From Candidatus Omnitrophota bacterium (GTDB taxonomy: Bacteria > Omnitrophota > Gorgyraeia > Zapsychrales > JAHFFX01): a stretch of 38,077 nt of DNA. Location: assembly GCA_023247755.1 (NCBI GenBank), contig JAHFFX010000002.1:1-38077 (forward strand), written 5' to 3'. This document shows positions 8,352 to 17,133 of this stretch, one piece after another (position 1 is the first letter of the stretch; each line of letters begins with the position of its first letter). A program made the translations under genes and the position numbers. A model generated the notes under the pieces. The model did no database searches. It was not told the DNA's origin and saw only the letters and a program-made list of their open reading frames with translations.

Positions 8352-10769
8352 GTGAAACGACACATCTGTATCCACGGACACTTCTATCAGCCCCCCCGCG
8401 AGAATCCCTGGCTTGAAGAGATCGAGATTCAGGACTCGGCTTACCCCTACCACGACTGGAACGAGCGCATCAGCACCGAATGCTACGCGCCTAACACGGC
8501 CTCCCGCATCCTCAATGCCCATCGGAAGATCTCCGACATCGTCAACAATTACACCAAGATCAGTTTTAATTTCGGGCCGACGCTGCTTTCCTGGATGGAG
8601 CGTAACGCGCCCGGGGTCTACCGGGCGATCGTGGTTTCGGACAAGATCAGCCTCGAACGTTTCGGCGGGCATGGGGCGGCCATGGCCCAGGCCTATAACC
8701 ATATGATCATGCCGCTGGCCAATAGCCGGGACAAGCGCACGCAGGTCATCTGGGGGATCAAGGATTTTGAATTCCGTTTCGGCCGTAAGCCCGAAGGCAT
8801 GTGGTTGCCGGAAACGGCGGTGGATGTGGAATCGCTGGAACTCTTCGCCGAATTCGGCATCAAGTTCACTATCCTTGCTCCGCATCAGGCCAAACGCATT
8901 CGCCGGATCGGCGAAGCCGACTGGCAGGACATCACCGAAGAACGCGTCGATCCCAAGATGCCGTATCTTTGCAAGCTTCCCTCCGGGAATTCCATCTCGT
9001 TTTTCTTTTATGACGGGCCGGTTTCCCGGGATGTGGCTTTTCAGGGGCTCTTGAACAACGGAGAGACATTCGCCCAGCGTCTATTGGGCGCGTTCCCGGA
9101 AGCTTCGAGTGAGCCCCTTCTTGAGAATATCGCCACCGATGGGGAGACCTACGGGCATCATCACAAGCTGGGGGATATGGCCCTAGCGTATTGTTGTCAT
9201 TATCTGGACAAACAGAAGCTCGCTCGCGTCACCATCTATGGCGAATTTCTGGAGAAAAATCCCCCCAAATGGGTAGCGGAGATCCATGAAAATTCCGCCT
9301 GGAGCTGCGCGCACGGGGTGGAACGCTGGCGTTCCGATTGCGGCTGTAACACCGGCCTCAATCCCGGCTGGAAACAAAAGTGGCGCGAACCTTTGCGGCG
9401 GGCGTTAGACCTGCTGCGGGACCGGATGATACCCTTGTATGAAAAAGAAATGCAGAATTTTGCGAAGGCCCCCTGGGAGGCCCGCAACGCCTACATTGAA
9501 GTGGTCTTGGACAGGTCCCCGGAACAGGTGGAAAAGTTCTTTAAAAAACACCTGCGTCCCAACCTGACCGCGGAGGAGAAGGTCCGCTGTCTTAAACTTC
9601 TCGAACTGCAGCGGCACGCCATGCTCATGTACACCAGTTGCGGCTGGTTCTTCGACGATATCTCCGGTCTCGAAGCGACCCAGGTCCTGCAATACGCCGC
9701 CCGCTGTCTGCAGTTGACCAAAGAGATGTTCGGCGTTAACCTCGATGGGGAATTCCACAAAATATTGAAATCCGCTCCCAGCAATGTCCCGGAGCTTAAA
9801 GACGGGGCCCAGATCTTCGACATCTACATCCGGCCCAAAGTGCTGGACCTCTTTCGGGTCGGCGTGCATTACGCCGTTTCTTCCATTTTTGAGAATTATC
9901 CCCCGGAGGCGGAGATCTTTTGTTACCACGCCCATCGCGACTCCTTGGAAGAACATAAGAAGGGTGAGGAAAAGCTTATTATCGGCCGGGCCCGTATCCG
10001 TTCCCAGGTCACTTGGGAAGAACTGCCGATCACGTTCGCCGTTCTTTACCTGGGAAAGCATAACCTCCGGGGACATATTTCTGCCGTTATGGAAGAAAAA
10101 GAATTCACCGAGATGCGCAAGCAATTGAAAGAGGATTTTGTTAAGAACAACATGCGGATTTTGCTGGAAGGAGCGGAAAAATATTTCGGCGCGGAGAGCT
10201 ATTCGCTATGGCACATCTTTAAGAGCGTTCAAGGAAAGGTCCTCAACCAGATCCTGGAGCCGGCGCTCGATGAGATCCGCTATCTGTTCCGGCATATTTA
10301 CGAACACCATTATCCGGTCATGCAGGCCAAACAAGGTTTAAGAATCTCCTTGCCGAGGACTCTTGCAACAACCGTAGAATTCGTTCTCAACCGTGATTTG
10401 CTGGAGTTGTTGGACAGCGACATCCTGGATTTGGAACTGCTGAAGCGTCTGGTGGAAGAGGTGAAACGCTGGTCGCTTGAGTTGGACAACGCCTCCTTAA
10501 GTTTCGCGGCCACCCAAAAAGTTGGGGCGCTCATGCAGCAGTGGGCGCAATCCCCCGAGAACGAGGAGGCTCTGATGACCGCGGAATCCGTCTTCAAGGT
10601 CTTGAAGGTCCTGCAGCTGAACCTGGACCGCTGGAAAGCCCAGAACATTTATTTTTCCATCGGCAAGGATTATCTCAAGACCATGCAGGAGCGCTCCTCC
10701 CAGGGGAATGCCAAGGCCGCCCAGTGGCTCGCCGCTTTTCAATCGTTGGGAAGTTATCTGGAGATCTAG
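8352..10769 (+). CDS. glycoside hydrolase family 57 alpha-glucan-active enzyme with long C-terminal helical extension (DUF3536-like)
   Basis: GTG start follows GGAGG (8341-8345). The GH57 N-terminal signature is HICIHGHFYQPPRENPW. ETYGHHH and WSCAHGVERWRSDCGC are also present. Confidence 0.9.
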   Translation: MKRHICIHGHFYQPPRENPWLEEIEIQDSAYPYHDWNERISTECYAPNTASRILNAHRKISDIVNNYTKISFNFGPTLLSWMERNAPGVYRAIVVSDKISLERFGGHGAAMAQAYNHMIMPLANSRDKRTQVIWGIKDFEFRFGRKPEGMWLPETAVDVESLELFAEFGIKFTILAPHQAKRIRRIGEADWQDITEERVDPKMPYLCKLPSGNSISFFFYDGPVSRDVAFQGLLNNGETFAQRLLGAFPEASSEPLLENIATDGETYGHHHKLGDMALAYCCHYLDKQKLARVTIYGEFLEKNPPKWVAEIHENSAWSCAHGVERWRSDCGCNTGLNPGWKQKWREPLRRALDLLRDRMIPLYEKEMQNFAKAPWEARNAYIEVVLDRSPEQVEKFFKKHLRPNLTAEEKVRCLKLLELQRHAMLMYTSCGWFFDDISGLEATQVLQYAARCLQLTKEMFGVNLDGEFHKILKSAPSNVPELKDGAQIFDIYIRPKVLDLFRVGVHYAVSSIFENYPPEAEIFCYHAHRDSLEEHKKGEEKLIIGRARIRSQVTWEELPITFAVLYLGKHNLRGHISAVMEEKEFTEMRKQLKEDFVKNNMRILLEGAEKYFGAESYSLWHIFKSVQGKVLNQILEPALDEIRYLFRHIYEHHYPVMQAKQGLRISLPRTLATTVEFVLNRDLLELLDSDILDLELLKRLVEEVKRWSLELDNASLSFAATQKVGALMQQWAQSPENEEALMTAESVFKVLKVLQLNLDRWKAQNIYFSIGKDYLKTMQERSSQGNAKAAQWLAAFQSLGSYLEI

Positions 10770-10772
10770 TCC

Positions 10773-12290
10773 GTGAAGAATAAAGTGATCGAGAAAAGAG
10801 GCAGTGGCGTTCTTCTGCATATCACCTCACTGCCGGGCCCCTACGGGATCGGCGACCTGGGCCCCGGCGCTTATGCGTTCGCTGATTTTCTTGCTGATAC
10901 GAAGCAATCGTACTGGCAGATCCTGCCATTGACCCCGACGGAAGAAGTGTACGGATATTCTCCCTACAGCAGTCCTTCGGCGTTCGCTTTCAATTTCCTT
11001 ATGCTCAGCCCCGAGGGACTTTATGAGGACGGCTGGCTGAGGAAATCGGACCTGGAATCGTTGTCGGCCCTGCCGGCGGGGCGCTGCGACTTTACCGCCG
11101 TGGCCAAATATAAAAGCCGGCTGATCAAGCTGGCCTTTGAACATTTCCACAAGAATCGCCGCCATGAGAGCCCCTTTGAGAAGTTCTGCGCGCAGCAGAA
11201 GGAGTGGATCGATGATTACGCCCTTTTCACGGTTCTCAAGAAATATTTTACCGGCAACGTGTTCAGCGCCTGGCCCGAGGGTCTGCGCGACCGGCAGCCT
11301 GCGCAAATAAAATCCGTTGAGGAGAAGCACGCTGCGGAGCTCAAAGAGGTCAAGTTCATCCAGTTCCTGCTGTTCTCCCAGTGGACGAAGCTGAAAGATT
11401 ATTGCCGTCGGAAGGGTGTCGCGCTGATCGGTGATATTCCCATCTATGTGAATGCCGACAGCGCCGATGTCTGGGCGCATCCCGAGATATTCAAATTGGA
11501 CGCTCACCACAAGCCGCTGTTCGTGGCCGGGGTTCCGCCCGATTATTTCAGCCAGACCGGCCAGCGCTGGGGCAATCCCGTATACGACTGGGAACGCCTG
11601 CGGGAAACCCGTTATCAATGGTGGATCGAACGGTTCCTGCATACTTTCGAACTTTACGACATCGTCCGCATTGACCATTTCCGTGGGTTTGAAGCGTACT
11701 GGGAGATCCCGGCCGCGGAGCCGACCGCCGTCAACGGCGAGTGGGTCAAAGGACCGGCGGACGACTTTTTCAAACATCTGAAGAAAAGTATCCCGCACCT
11801 GCCGGTGATCGCCGAGGACCTCGGGATCATCACTCCGGAGGTGACGGCCCTCATGGAACAGTTCGGTTTTCCGGGGATGAAGATACTCTTGTTCTCCTTT
11901 GGAGGGGACCTGGATTCCCATCCCTATAATCCGAAGAACTACACGCCTAACTGCGTCGTTTATACGGGGACGCATGACAATAACACGGCCCGCGGCTGGA
12001 TCGAAACCGATACTTCCGGAGAGGAACGGCATAATCTCAACCGGTATTTCAGCCGGGATGTTTCTTCCCAGGAATTACCTTGGCTTTTGATCGAATCGGC
12101 CATGGGTTCGGTCGCGGATACGGCGATCATTCCGTTGCAGGACCTCTTGGGGTTGGGAGGGGAGGCCAGGATGAACCAGCCGGGCACCGTGGGCGGGGGC
12201 AATTGGCGGTGGCGATGCACCGCTGATAATTTTTCTCCGGCTTTGAAGGAACGGCTCCGGGAGGTGACCGTGCGCTGCCGGCGTGCGTGA
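10773..12290 (+). CDS. malQ: 4-alpha-glucanotransferase (amylomaltase, GH77)
   Basis: GTG start lies 3 nt after the GH57 stop. SGVLLHITSLPGPYGIGDLG, IDHFRGF, VIAEDLG and YTGTHDNNT are present. Confidence 0.95.
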   Translation: MKNKVIEKRGSGVLLHITSLPGPYGIGDLGPGAYAFADFLADTKQSYWQILPLTPTEEVYGYSPYSSPSAFAFNFLMLSPEGLYEDGWLRKSDLESLSALPAGRCDFTAVAKYKSRLIKLAFEHFHKNRRHESPFEKFCAQQKEWIDDYALFTVLKKYFTGNVFSAWPEGLRDRQPAQIKSVEEKHAAELKEVKFIQFLLFSQWTKLKDYCRRKGVALIGDIPIYVNADSADVWAHPEIFKLDAHHKPLFVAGVPPDYFSQTGQRWGNPVYDWERLRETRYQWWIERFLHTFELYDIVRIDHFRGFEAYWEIPAAEPTAVNGEWVKGPADDFFKHLKKSIPHLPVIAEDLGIITPEVTALMEQFGFPGMKILLFSFGGDLDSHPYNPKNYTPNCVVYTGTHDNNTARGWIETDTSGEERHNLNRYFSRDVSSQELPWLLIESAMGSVADTAIIPLQDLLGLGGEARMNQPGTVGGGNWRWRCTADNFSPALKERLREVTVRCRRA

Positions 12291-12318
12291 TCTCATTTAA
12301 GTTTTTGTGCGGGTAGCG

Positions 12319-12360
12319 CCGGGGGCGGGGGCCCCGGACTCCCGGGGCCCCCGCCCCCGG
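12319..12360. terminator. very stable G/C-only hairpin after malQ (no U-tract)
   Basis: CCGGGGGCGGGGGCCCCGG (12319-12337), ACTC, CCGGGGCCCCCGCCCCCGG (12342-12360). This is a perfect 19-bp stem with a 4-nt loop and no flanking T-run on either strand. Confidence 0.4.
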
Positions 12361-12382
12361 AAAACAACTATTAGAAATTCAG

Positions 12383-12412
12383 TTGGCGGGGCGCCGGGGG
12401 GTATGTTAGAAT
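12383..12412 (+). promoter_or_regulatory. extended -10 promoter candidate 10 nt upstream of the lipoprotein ATG
   Basis: -35 TTGGCG (12383-12388), then 18 nt, then TG-T-TAGAAT (12404-12412). The ATG is at 12423 with no SD in between. Confidence 0.35.
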
Positions 12413-12422
12413 TTTTTCAGTT

Positions 12423-12950
12423 ATGAGTCCAACGGCGCGTTTTGCATCTAGCTTTGTTTTTTTTCTAATATGCGGTTGCGGATGGTTCCGGTCCGGGCCG
12501 TCCCCGGTGTCGGAAAAAGCTCCCTCGCTTTCCCGCCACCTGAACCCGGGAAAAGTTCTGATCGTTCCTTTCTCGGCCGGTGAGGGCGTGGAAGCGTCCA
12601 AGGAACTCGACCAGATCTCCCTGATGATCGTCAAGGGGGTCGCGGAGGAATTAGGGCGCTTGTCCGCGCCTTTCACGGTGGTCGGCGAGGATGAACTGGA
12701 ACAGACCGATCTGCTCCTCGAAGGGCATATCGTCAAGCGCAGCGAATCCCGCGGCGTAAGTAATTGGATGCCCGGGGGCAAGAAACTTGTTCTCGGAACA
12801 GAAATAGAGATCAAGGATCGCGCGTCAGGCGATCGCTTGATGGTCCTCTCCCCGGAACTGAGAGCTTCCGGCGCCCAAGAGGACTGGCGGCAACTCGCTT
12901 ATCGGCTGGGGCAGGAGATCGCCCGAGAGCTCAAGGATTCGACCCCATAA
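12423..12950 (+). CDS. hypothetical lipoprotein
   Basis: N-terminus MSPTARFASSFVFFLICGCGW is a signal-peptide-like hydrophobic stretch ending in Cys (lipobox-like). The overlapping minus-strand ORF is Ser/Pro/Arg-rich and was discounted. Confidence 0.6.
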   Translation: MSPTARFASSFVFFLICGCGWFRSGPSPVSEKAPSLSRHLNPGKVLIVPFSAGEGVEASKELDQISLMIVKGVAEELGRLSAPFTVVGEDELEQTDLLLEGHIVKRSESRGVSNWMPGGKKLVLGTEIEIKDRASGDRLMVLSPELRASGAQEDWRQLAYRLGQEIARELKDSTP

Positions 12951-12978
12951 AGTAAAACCAGCGGCAATCCGAAAGGCA

Positions 12979-13950
12979 TTGGCAGTGTTCGTGGTCACGG
13001 GAGGGGCGGGATTCATCGGCAGTTGCGTGCTTTCCCGTCTCAATGCGTCAGGCATCAAGGACATCATTGTCGTCGACCATCTGGATGACGATGCCCAGAA
13101 GAAGAATCTCGTCGGGAAGAAGTACCGGGAGTTCCTCGACAAGAAGGACTTCCTGCAGCTCGTTGTCCAGAAGAAGCTCGACCCGGGTGTCGATTGCCTC
13201 ATCCACATGGGGGCGTGCAGTTCGACGACCCTCACCGACGCGCGCTATTTCGAGGAGAACAACTACGAATACACGCTGCATCTGGCCCAGTGGGCCCTGG
13301 CCCACAAGAAGCGTTTCATCTATGCCAGTTCCGCCGCGACCTATGGCGACGGCGCTTTGGGATATAAGGACGATGACGCCACCACGCTCAAGCTCAAGCC
13401 GTTGAACCTTTACGGTCTTTCCAAACAGAAGTTCGATCTGTGGGTGGTGCGCAGCAAGTTCCAGGGCAAGCTGGCCGGCCTGAAGTTCTTCAACGTTTTC
13501 GGGCCCAACGAATACCACAAGGGGGACATGCGCAGCGTCGTGGCCAAGTCTTACCCCCGGGTCGCCCGCGAAGGCAAGATACGGCTCTTTAAATCATACC
13601 GTCCCGATTTTGCCGATGGCGAGCAGAAACGCGATTTCATTTACATCAAGGACGCTCTTGAGGTCGTGCAGTTCTTCGTGGACAACCCGAAGATCAACGG
13701 TATTTTCAACGTCGGTACGGGGAAGGCCAGGAGCTGGAACGACCTGGCCCGGGCGTTATTCAAGGCGGTAAAAAAGAATCCGGTCATCGAGTATTACGAT
13801 ATGCCCGAGGAATTGCAGGACAAGTACCAATACTTTACCCAGGCCGATATGGCGAAACTGCGAGAGCACGGTTACCGGAAACCTTTTTCGGAACTCGAGG
13901 ATTCGGTCGCGGATTACGTCACCTATCTAAAAAACGGACAGTACCTCTAA
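12979..13950 (+). CDS. hldD: ADP-L-glycero-D-manno-heptose 6-epimerase
   Basis: VVTGGAGFIGSCVLSRLNASGIKDIIVVDHLDD (HldD-type N-terminus), ASSAATYG and YGLSKQKFD (YxxxK) are present. The start is TTG at 12979, or GTG at 12985. Confidence 0.85.
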   Translation: MAVFVVTGGAGFIGSCVLSRLNASGIKDIIVVDHLDDDAQKKNLVGKKYREFLDKKDFLQLVVQKKLDPGVDCLIHMGACSSTTLTDARYFEENNYEYTLHLAQWALAHKKRFIYASSAATYGDGALGYKDDDATTLKLKPLNLYGLSKQKFDLWVVRSKFQGKLAGLKFFNVFGPNEYHKGDMRSVVAKSYPRVAREGKIRLFKSYRPDFADGEQKRDFIYIKDALEVVQFFVDNPKINGIFNVGTGKARSWNDLARALFKAVKKNPVIEYYDMPEELQDKYQYFTQADMAKLREHGYRKPFSELEDSVADYVTYLKNGQYL

Positions 13951-14004
13951 GGACTGCTTTGAATTCCACGGGCTCTGCCCGTGGGTAGCTACGGCAGTGT
14001 CTCT

Positions 14005-15975
14005 ATGACCATATTTCTTCTTTTGGGAATCGGCATCGTCCTTTTTCTCTTCGGCATCTGGTTTCTTTTCCGCGGTTATCTTTCCACTCCCAACGCCAGC
14101 CAGGTCGTCTCCCTCAGCGAATTCAATAAGGCCAAGACGGACCTCACGACGGTCCGTGAATCGGAGAAAAAGTTCCGCTCGGAGCTGGATGTGCTTCGCC
14201 AGGAAGCGGCCAATACGAAAAGCGGCTATGAAGCGGCCCAAAAGAGCGAGGAGGCCCTGCGTTCTCAGCTGCGGCTTCTCGAAGATGAGAACAAGCGCGT
14301 GAACGCCAAGGCCGAATCCCAGGCCAAAGAGGCGCTCGAGCTCGTCAATGCCCTCACCGCCGAGACGGAAGCGCTCAAAAAGGCCCAGGACGAGCTCATG
14401 AAGGTCAAGGATATCGAGTCCGCCATGGCCTTCGCCAACGAACAGATCAAGAATGAGAATCAGTCTCTGCTGCGGGACATCGATAGCAAGGCCCAGCAGA
14501 TCAGGGAATTGGAAGAATCGATCAACGCTACGCAGTCCCAGCAGGATGCGCATCACGTGGACGTGGTCAACGAACTGAACGCGGTGATCAACAATTTGCG
14601 AACGGAGAAAGAGACGCTGGCCATTCAATTGGAGGACAAGAACGCCCGGGTCGCTCAATTGGACCAGGCCCTGACCGAGATCCGCAAGGAAGGGGACGCC
14701 AAGGCCAACAGCGCCGCGCATATCGTTCAATCCATCTCCGCCGAGAACGAGGGCCTGAAGCGGGAAATACAGCAGCTTAGGACACGAATTGCCGAGATCG
14801 AGAACCAGGCATCCACTCTTAAAAAAGAGAATGAGCGGCTGGCCGCTGCCGTAAGCGCACCGGAACCGGAGCATTACCGGGAGGAGGTCCAGGTGCTTCG
14901 GGTCCAGTTCGATGAGCAGGCCCGCCGGCTGCGGCAGTCGGAGGAGGAGGCGCTTGACGTCAAACGGGAGAAAGAGCGTCTTTCGATCCAGCTGAATACC
15001 ATGGTGGACCGTTTACGGATGGAAAACCAGACGCTGCTCACCCAACTTGAACAAAAAAGTTCCAGCCTGAAACAATCCGAGGATCTTTTGATCTCCATGC
15101 GCCGGGATTATGAGCGCCAGCTGGCCCTGGCCAACGGTTCCATGGACAGTTTGAAATTTTCCCAACAGAACCTTCAGGAACAGCTGCGCGAGAGTCTCAA
15201 CCGGGTCCGGCAGATGGAAGAGGCGATACAGACTGCGCAGCGTGAGCAGCAGCACCGCATGGAGCAGGTCAACGCCGCCCTCGAACAGCTTAACAGCGAA
15301 AAGAAGTCCTCGCGCAGCGAACTGGAGCAGAGTCTTGTGAAGATCCATGGGCTAGAGAAAGAGTTGCAGTTCACCCAGCGGGAGAAGGACGAGAAGATCA
15401 AAGAACTGCAGGGGCATCTGGAACGGCAGAAATCGAACGGTCAGACGCTGACCACCCAGCTCGGCGAGAAATCCCAGCAGGTGGAGAATCTTAAGGCGCA
15501 GGTGCTGCGATTCGACAAGGAAAAAGAGGATTACATCGCGCAGTCCCGTTCCACCATCGATTCGCTCCGCCAGGACCGGGAGACGTGGCTGCAGACTCGT
15601 TCGGAGATGGAACAGAACGTGAAGAAGTATCGGGACCTCAACGCGAATCTTCTGGAAAAAGAAAAAGTGATCCAATATGAGCTGGCCAAATCCAAGGCCC
15701 AATCGACGGGCCTGGAAAAGGTCTGCAACGACTTCAAGACCCAGGTGGAACAGCTGCTGAAGGAAGCGCAGGAGCTGCGGGCGCAGAGCGCCAGCTTTAA
15801 GAAATACCAGCTGGAAGCGGAGAAAGCGATCAAGGAATTGCGGGAAAGCAACGATCAGTTGGCCCGACGGGACAAGCAGTCCCAGTCCGAGCTGCAGAAG
15901 AGCCGGGAGCAGCTGGCCGGGCTGGAAAAATTATTCGCTGATTTTAGGGCCCGGCTGGAAGGCATCAAGCCCTGA
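14005..15975 (+). CDS. membrane-anchored long coiled-coil protein (function unknown)
   Basis: N-terminal TM helix MTIFLLLGIGIVLFLFGIWFLF is followed by ~620 aa of E/K/Q/L-rich heptad-like sequence. The ORF-track GTG at 13981 lies inside a hairpin (CCACGGGC tct GCCCGTGG, 13966-13984), so I prefer the ATG at 14005. Neither start has a clear SD. Confidence 0.7.
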   Translation: MTIFLLLGIGIVLFLFGIWFLFRGYLSTPNASQVVSLSEFNKAKTDLTTVRESEKKFRSELDVLRQEAANTKSGYEAAQKSEEALRSQLRLLEDENKRVNAKAESQAKEALELVNALTAETEALKKAQDELMKVKDIESAMAFANEQIKNENQSLLRDIDSKAQQIRELEESINATQSQQDAHHVDVVNELNAVINNLRTEKETLAIQLEDKNARVAQLDQALTEIRKEGDAKANSAAHIVQSISAENEGLKREIQQLRTRIAEIENQASTLKKENERLAAAVSAPEPEHYREEVQVLRVQFDEQARRLRQSEEEALDVKREKERLSIQLNTMVDRLRMENQTLLTQLEQKSSSLKQSEDLLISMRRDYERQLALANGSMDSLKFSQQNLQEQLRESLNRVRQMEEAIQTAQREQQHRMEQVNAALEQLNSEKKSSRSELEQSLVKIHGLEKELQFTQREKDEKIKELQGHLERQKSNGQTLTTQLGEKSQQVENLKAQVLRFDKEKEDYIAQSRSTIDSLRQDRETWLQTRSEMEQNVKKYRDLNANLLEKEKVIQYELAKSKAQSTGLEKVCNDFKTQVEQLLKEAQELRAQSASFKKYQLEAEKAIKELRESNDQLARRDKQSQSELQKSREQLAGLEKLFADFRARLEGIKP

Positions 15976-15988
15976 GGGGTGTTCGACC

Positions 15989-16033
15989 AGGGACAGCGCC
16001 CCGCCGGCCGGCGGGGCGCTGTCCCTGATTTTT
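15989..16033 (+). terminator. rho-independent terminator
   Basis: AGGGACAGCGCCCCGCCGG (15989-16007) pairs with CCGGCGGGGCGCTGTCCCT (16008-26). GATTTTT follows. Confidence 0.8.
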
Positions 16034-16055
16034 CCCCGAAGCAAGAAATTCTTCT

Positions 16056-17102
16056 ATGACGACAACTTCCACGATGCGGGCGGCGATGTACTATGCGAAC
16101 GCCGATGTCCGCCAGGTTCGGCTTCCCGTTCCGCCCATCGGCGCCGGAGAGGCGCTGATGCGCATCGAGGCCAGCGGGATTTGCGGAACGGACGTGATGG
16201 AATGGTACCGCCGGGACAAAGTGCCGCTCGTGCTTGGGCACGAAGTGGCGGGGGTTCTGGTGAGGACGGGCGCCGGTGTGAAGGATTTCAAGCCGGGGAC
16301 CCGGGTCGTGGCCACGCATCATGTCCCGTGCGGTGATTGCGAATATTGTTCGAGCGGACATGAAACGGTTTGCGAGACGCTGCGTAAGACCCATTTCGAA
16401 CCCGGCGGATTTTCTGAGCTCGTGCGCCTGCCGGAGATCAACCTGCGCAAGGGAACGTTCAAGCTGCCCGGGAAGGTTTCCTTCGAGGACGCCACGTTCG
16501 TTGAGCCTTTGGGGTGCGTGCTGCGCGGGCAAAGGCTCGCGGGGATGAAAAAAGGCAAAAGGGTCCTGGTCATCGGCAGCGGCATGGCCGGACTGTTGCA
16601 TGTCCGGGCGGCCCGGTATCTCAAGGCGCGTTCGATCATCGCTACCGACCTTGATCAATTCCGTCTGGGAATGGCGAAGCGATCGGGCGCCACCGCCGTG
16701 ATCGGCGCCGCAGAGGATGTTCCGGTCAGAGTGCGGGAGATCAATCGGGGAAAGCTCGCGGACCTCGTGATCATTTGCGCCGGCGCGCAAAGCGCGATCG
16801 AACAAGGCCTGCGGTCCGTCGAACGCGGCGGCGCCGTGCTCATCTTCACCGCCGCGCCCCAGGATTCGGTCTTGCCGGTCCCCACAAATGAAATCTTTTG
16901 GCGCAGCGAAGTGACGGTGCTGAGCTCCTACGCGGCGGCGCCGGCGGACCTCAAACAGGCGCTTGCGCTCATTGCGGCGGGGAAGATCAAGGTGAACGAC
17001 CTCATCACGCATCGCCTGCCGCTTTCGGACATCCAAAAGGGTTTTGATCTGGTCGTGCGTCCGGATCATTCGCTGAAGGTGATCATCGAACCTCAGAAAT
17101 AG
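16056..17102 (+). CDS. zinc-dependent medium-chain alcohol/polyol dehydrogenase (threonine/sorbitol dehydrogenase-like)
   Basis: ASGICGTDV and GHEVAGV are present, with structural-Zn cysteines in CGDCEYCSSGHETVC and a VLVIGSGMAG Rossmann motif. Confidence 0.88.
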   Translation: MTTTSTMRAAMYYANADVRQVRLPVPPIGAGEALMRIEASGICGTDVMEWYRRDKVPLVLGHEVAGVLVRTGAGVKDFKPGTRVVATHHVPCGDCEYCSSGHETVCETLRKTHFEPGGFSELVRLPEINLRKGTFKLPGKVSFEDATFVEPLGCVLRGQRLAGMKKGKRVLVIGSGMAGLLHVRAARYLKARSIIATDLDQFRLGMAKRSGATAVIGAAEDVPVRVREINRGKLADLVIICAGAQSAIEQGLRSVERGGAVLIFTAAPQDSVLPVPTNEIFWRSEVTVLSSYAAAPADLKQALALIAAGKIKVNDLITHRLPLSDIQKGFDLVVRPDHSLKVIIEPQK

Positions 17103-17133
17103 GGCTGCGAGGTGTCTTTCAGCGCCTTCCCAT

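Noticed and set aside
10827-12032. A 401-aa minus-strand ORF opposite malQ. Similar long antisense ORFs lie at 13927-14874 and 15855-17141.
   Set aside because: Each is fully contained in a + strand gene with strong family signatures (GH77, coiled-coil protein, Zn-ADH). The antisense products are low-complexity and Arg-rich.
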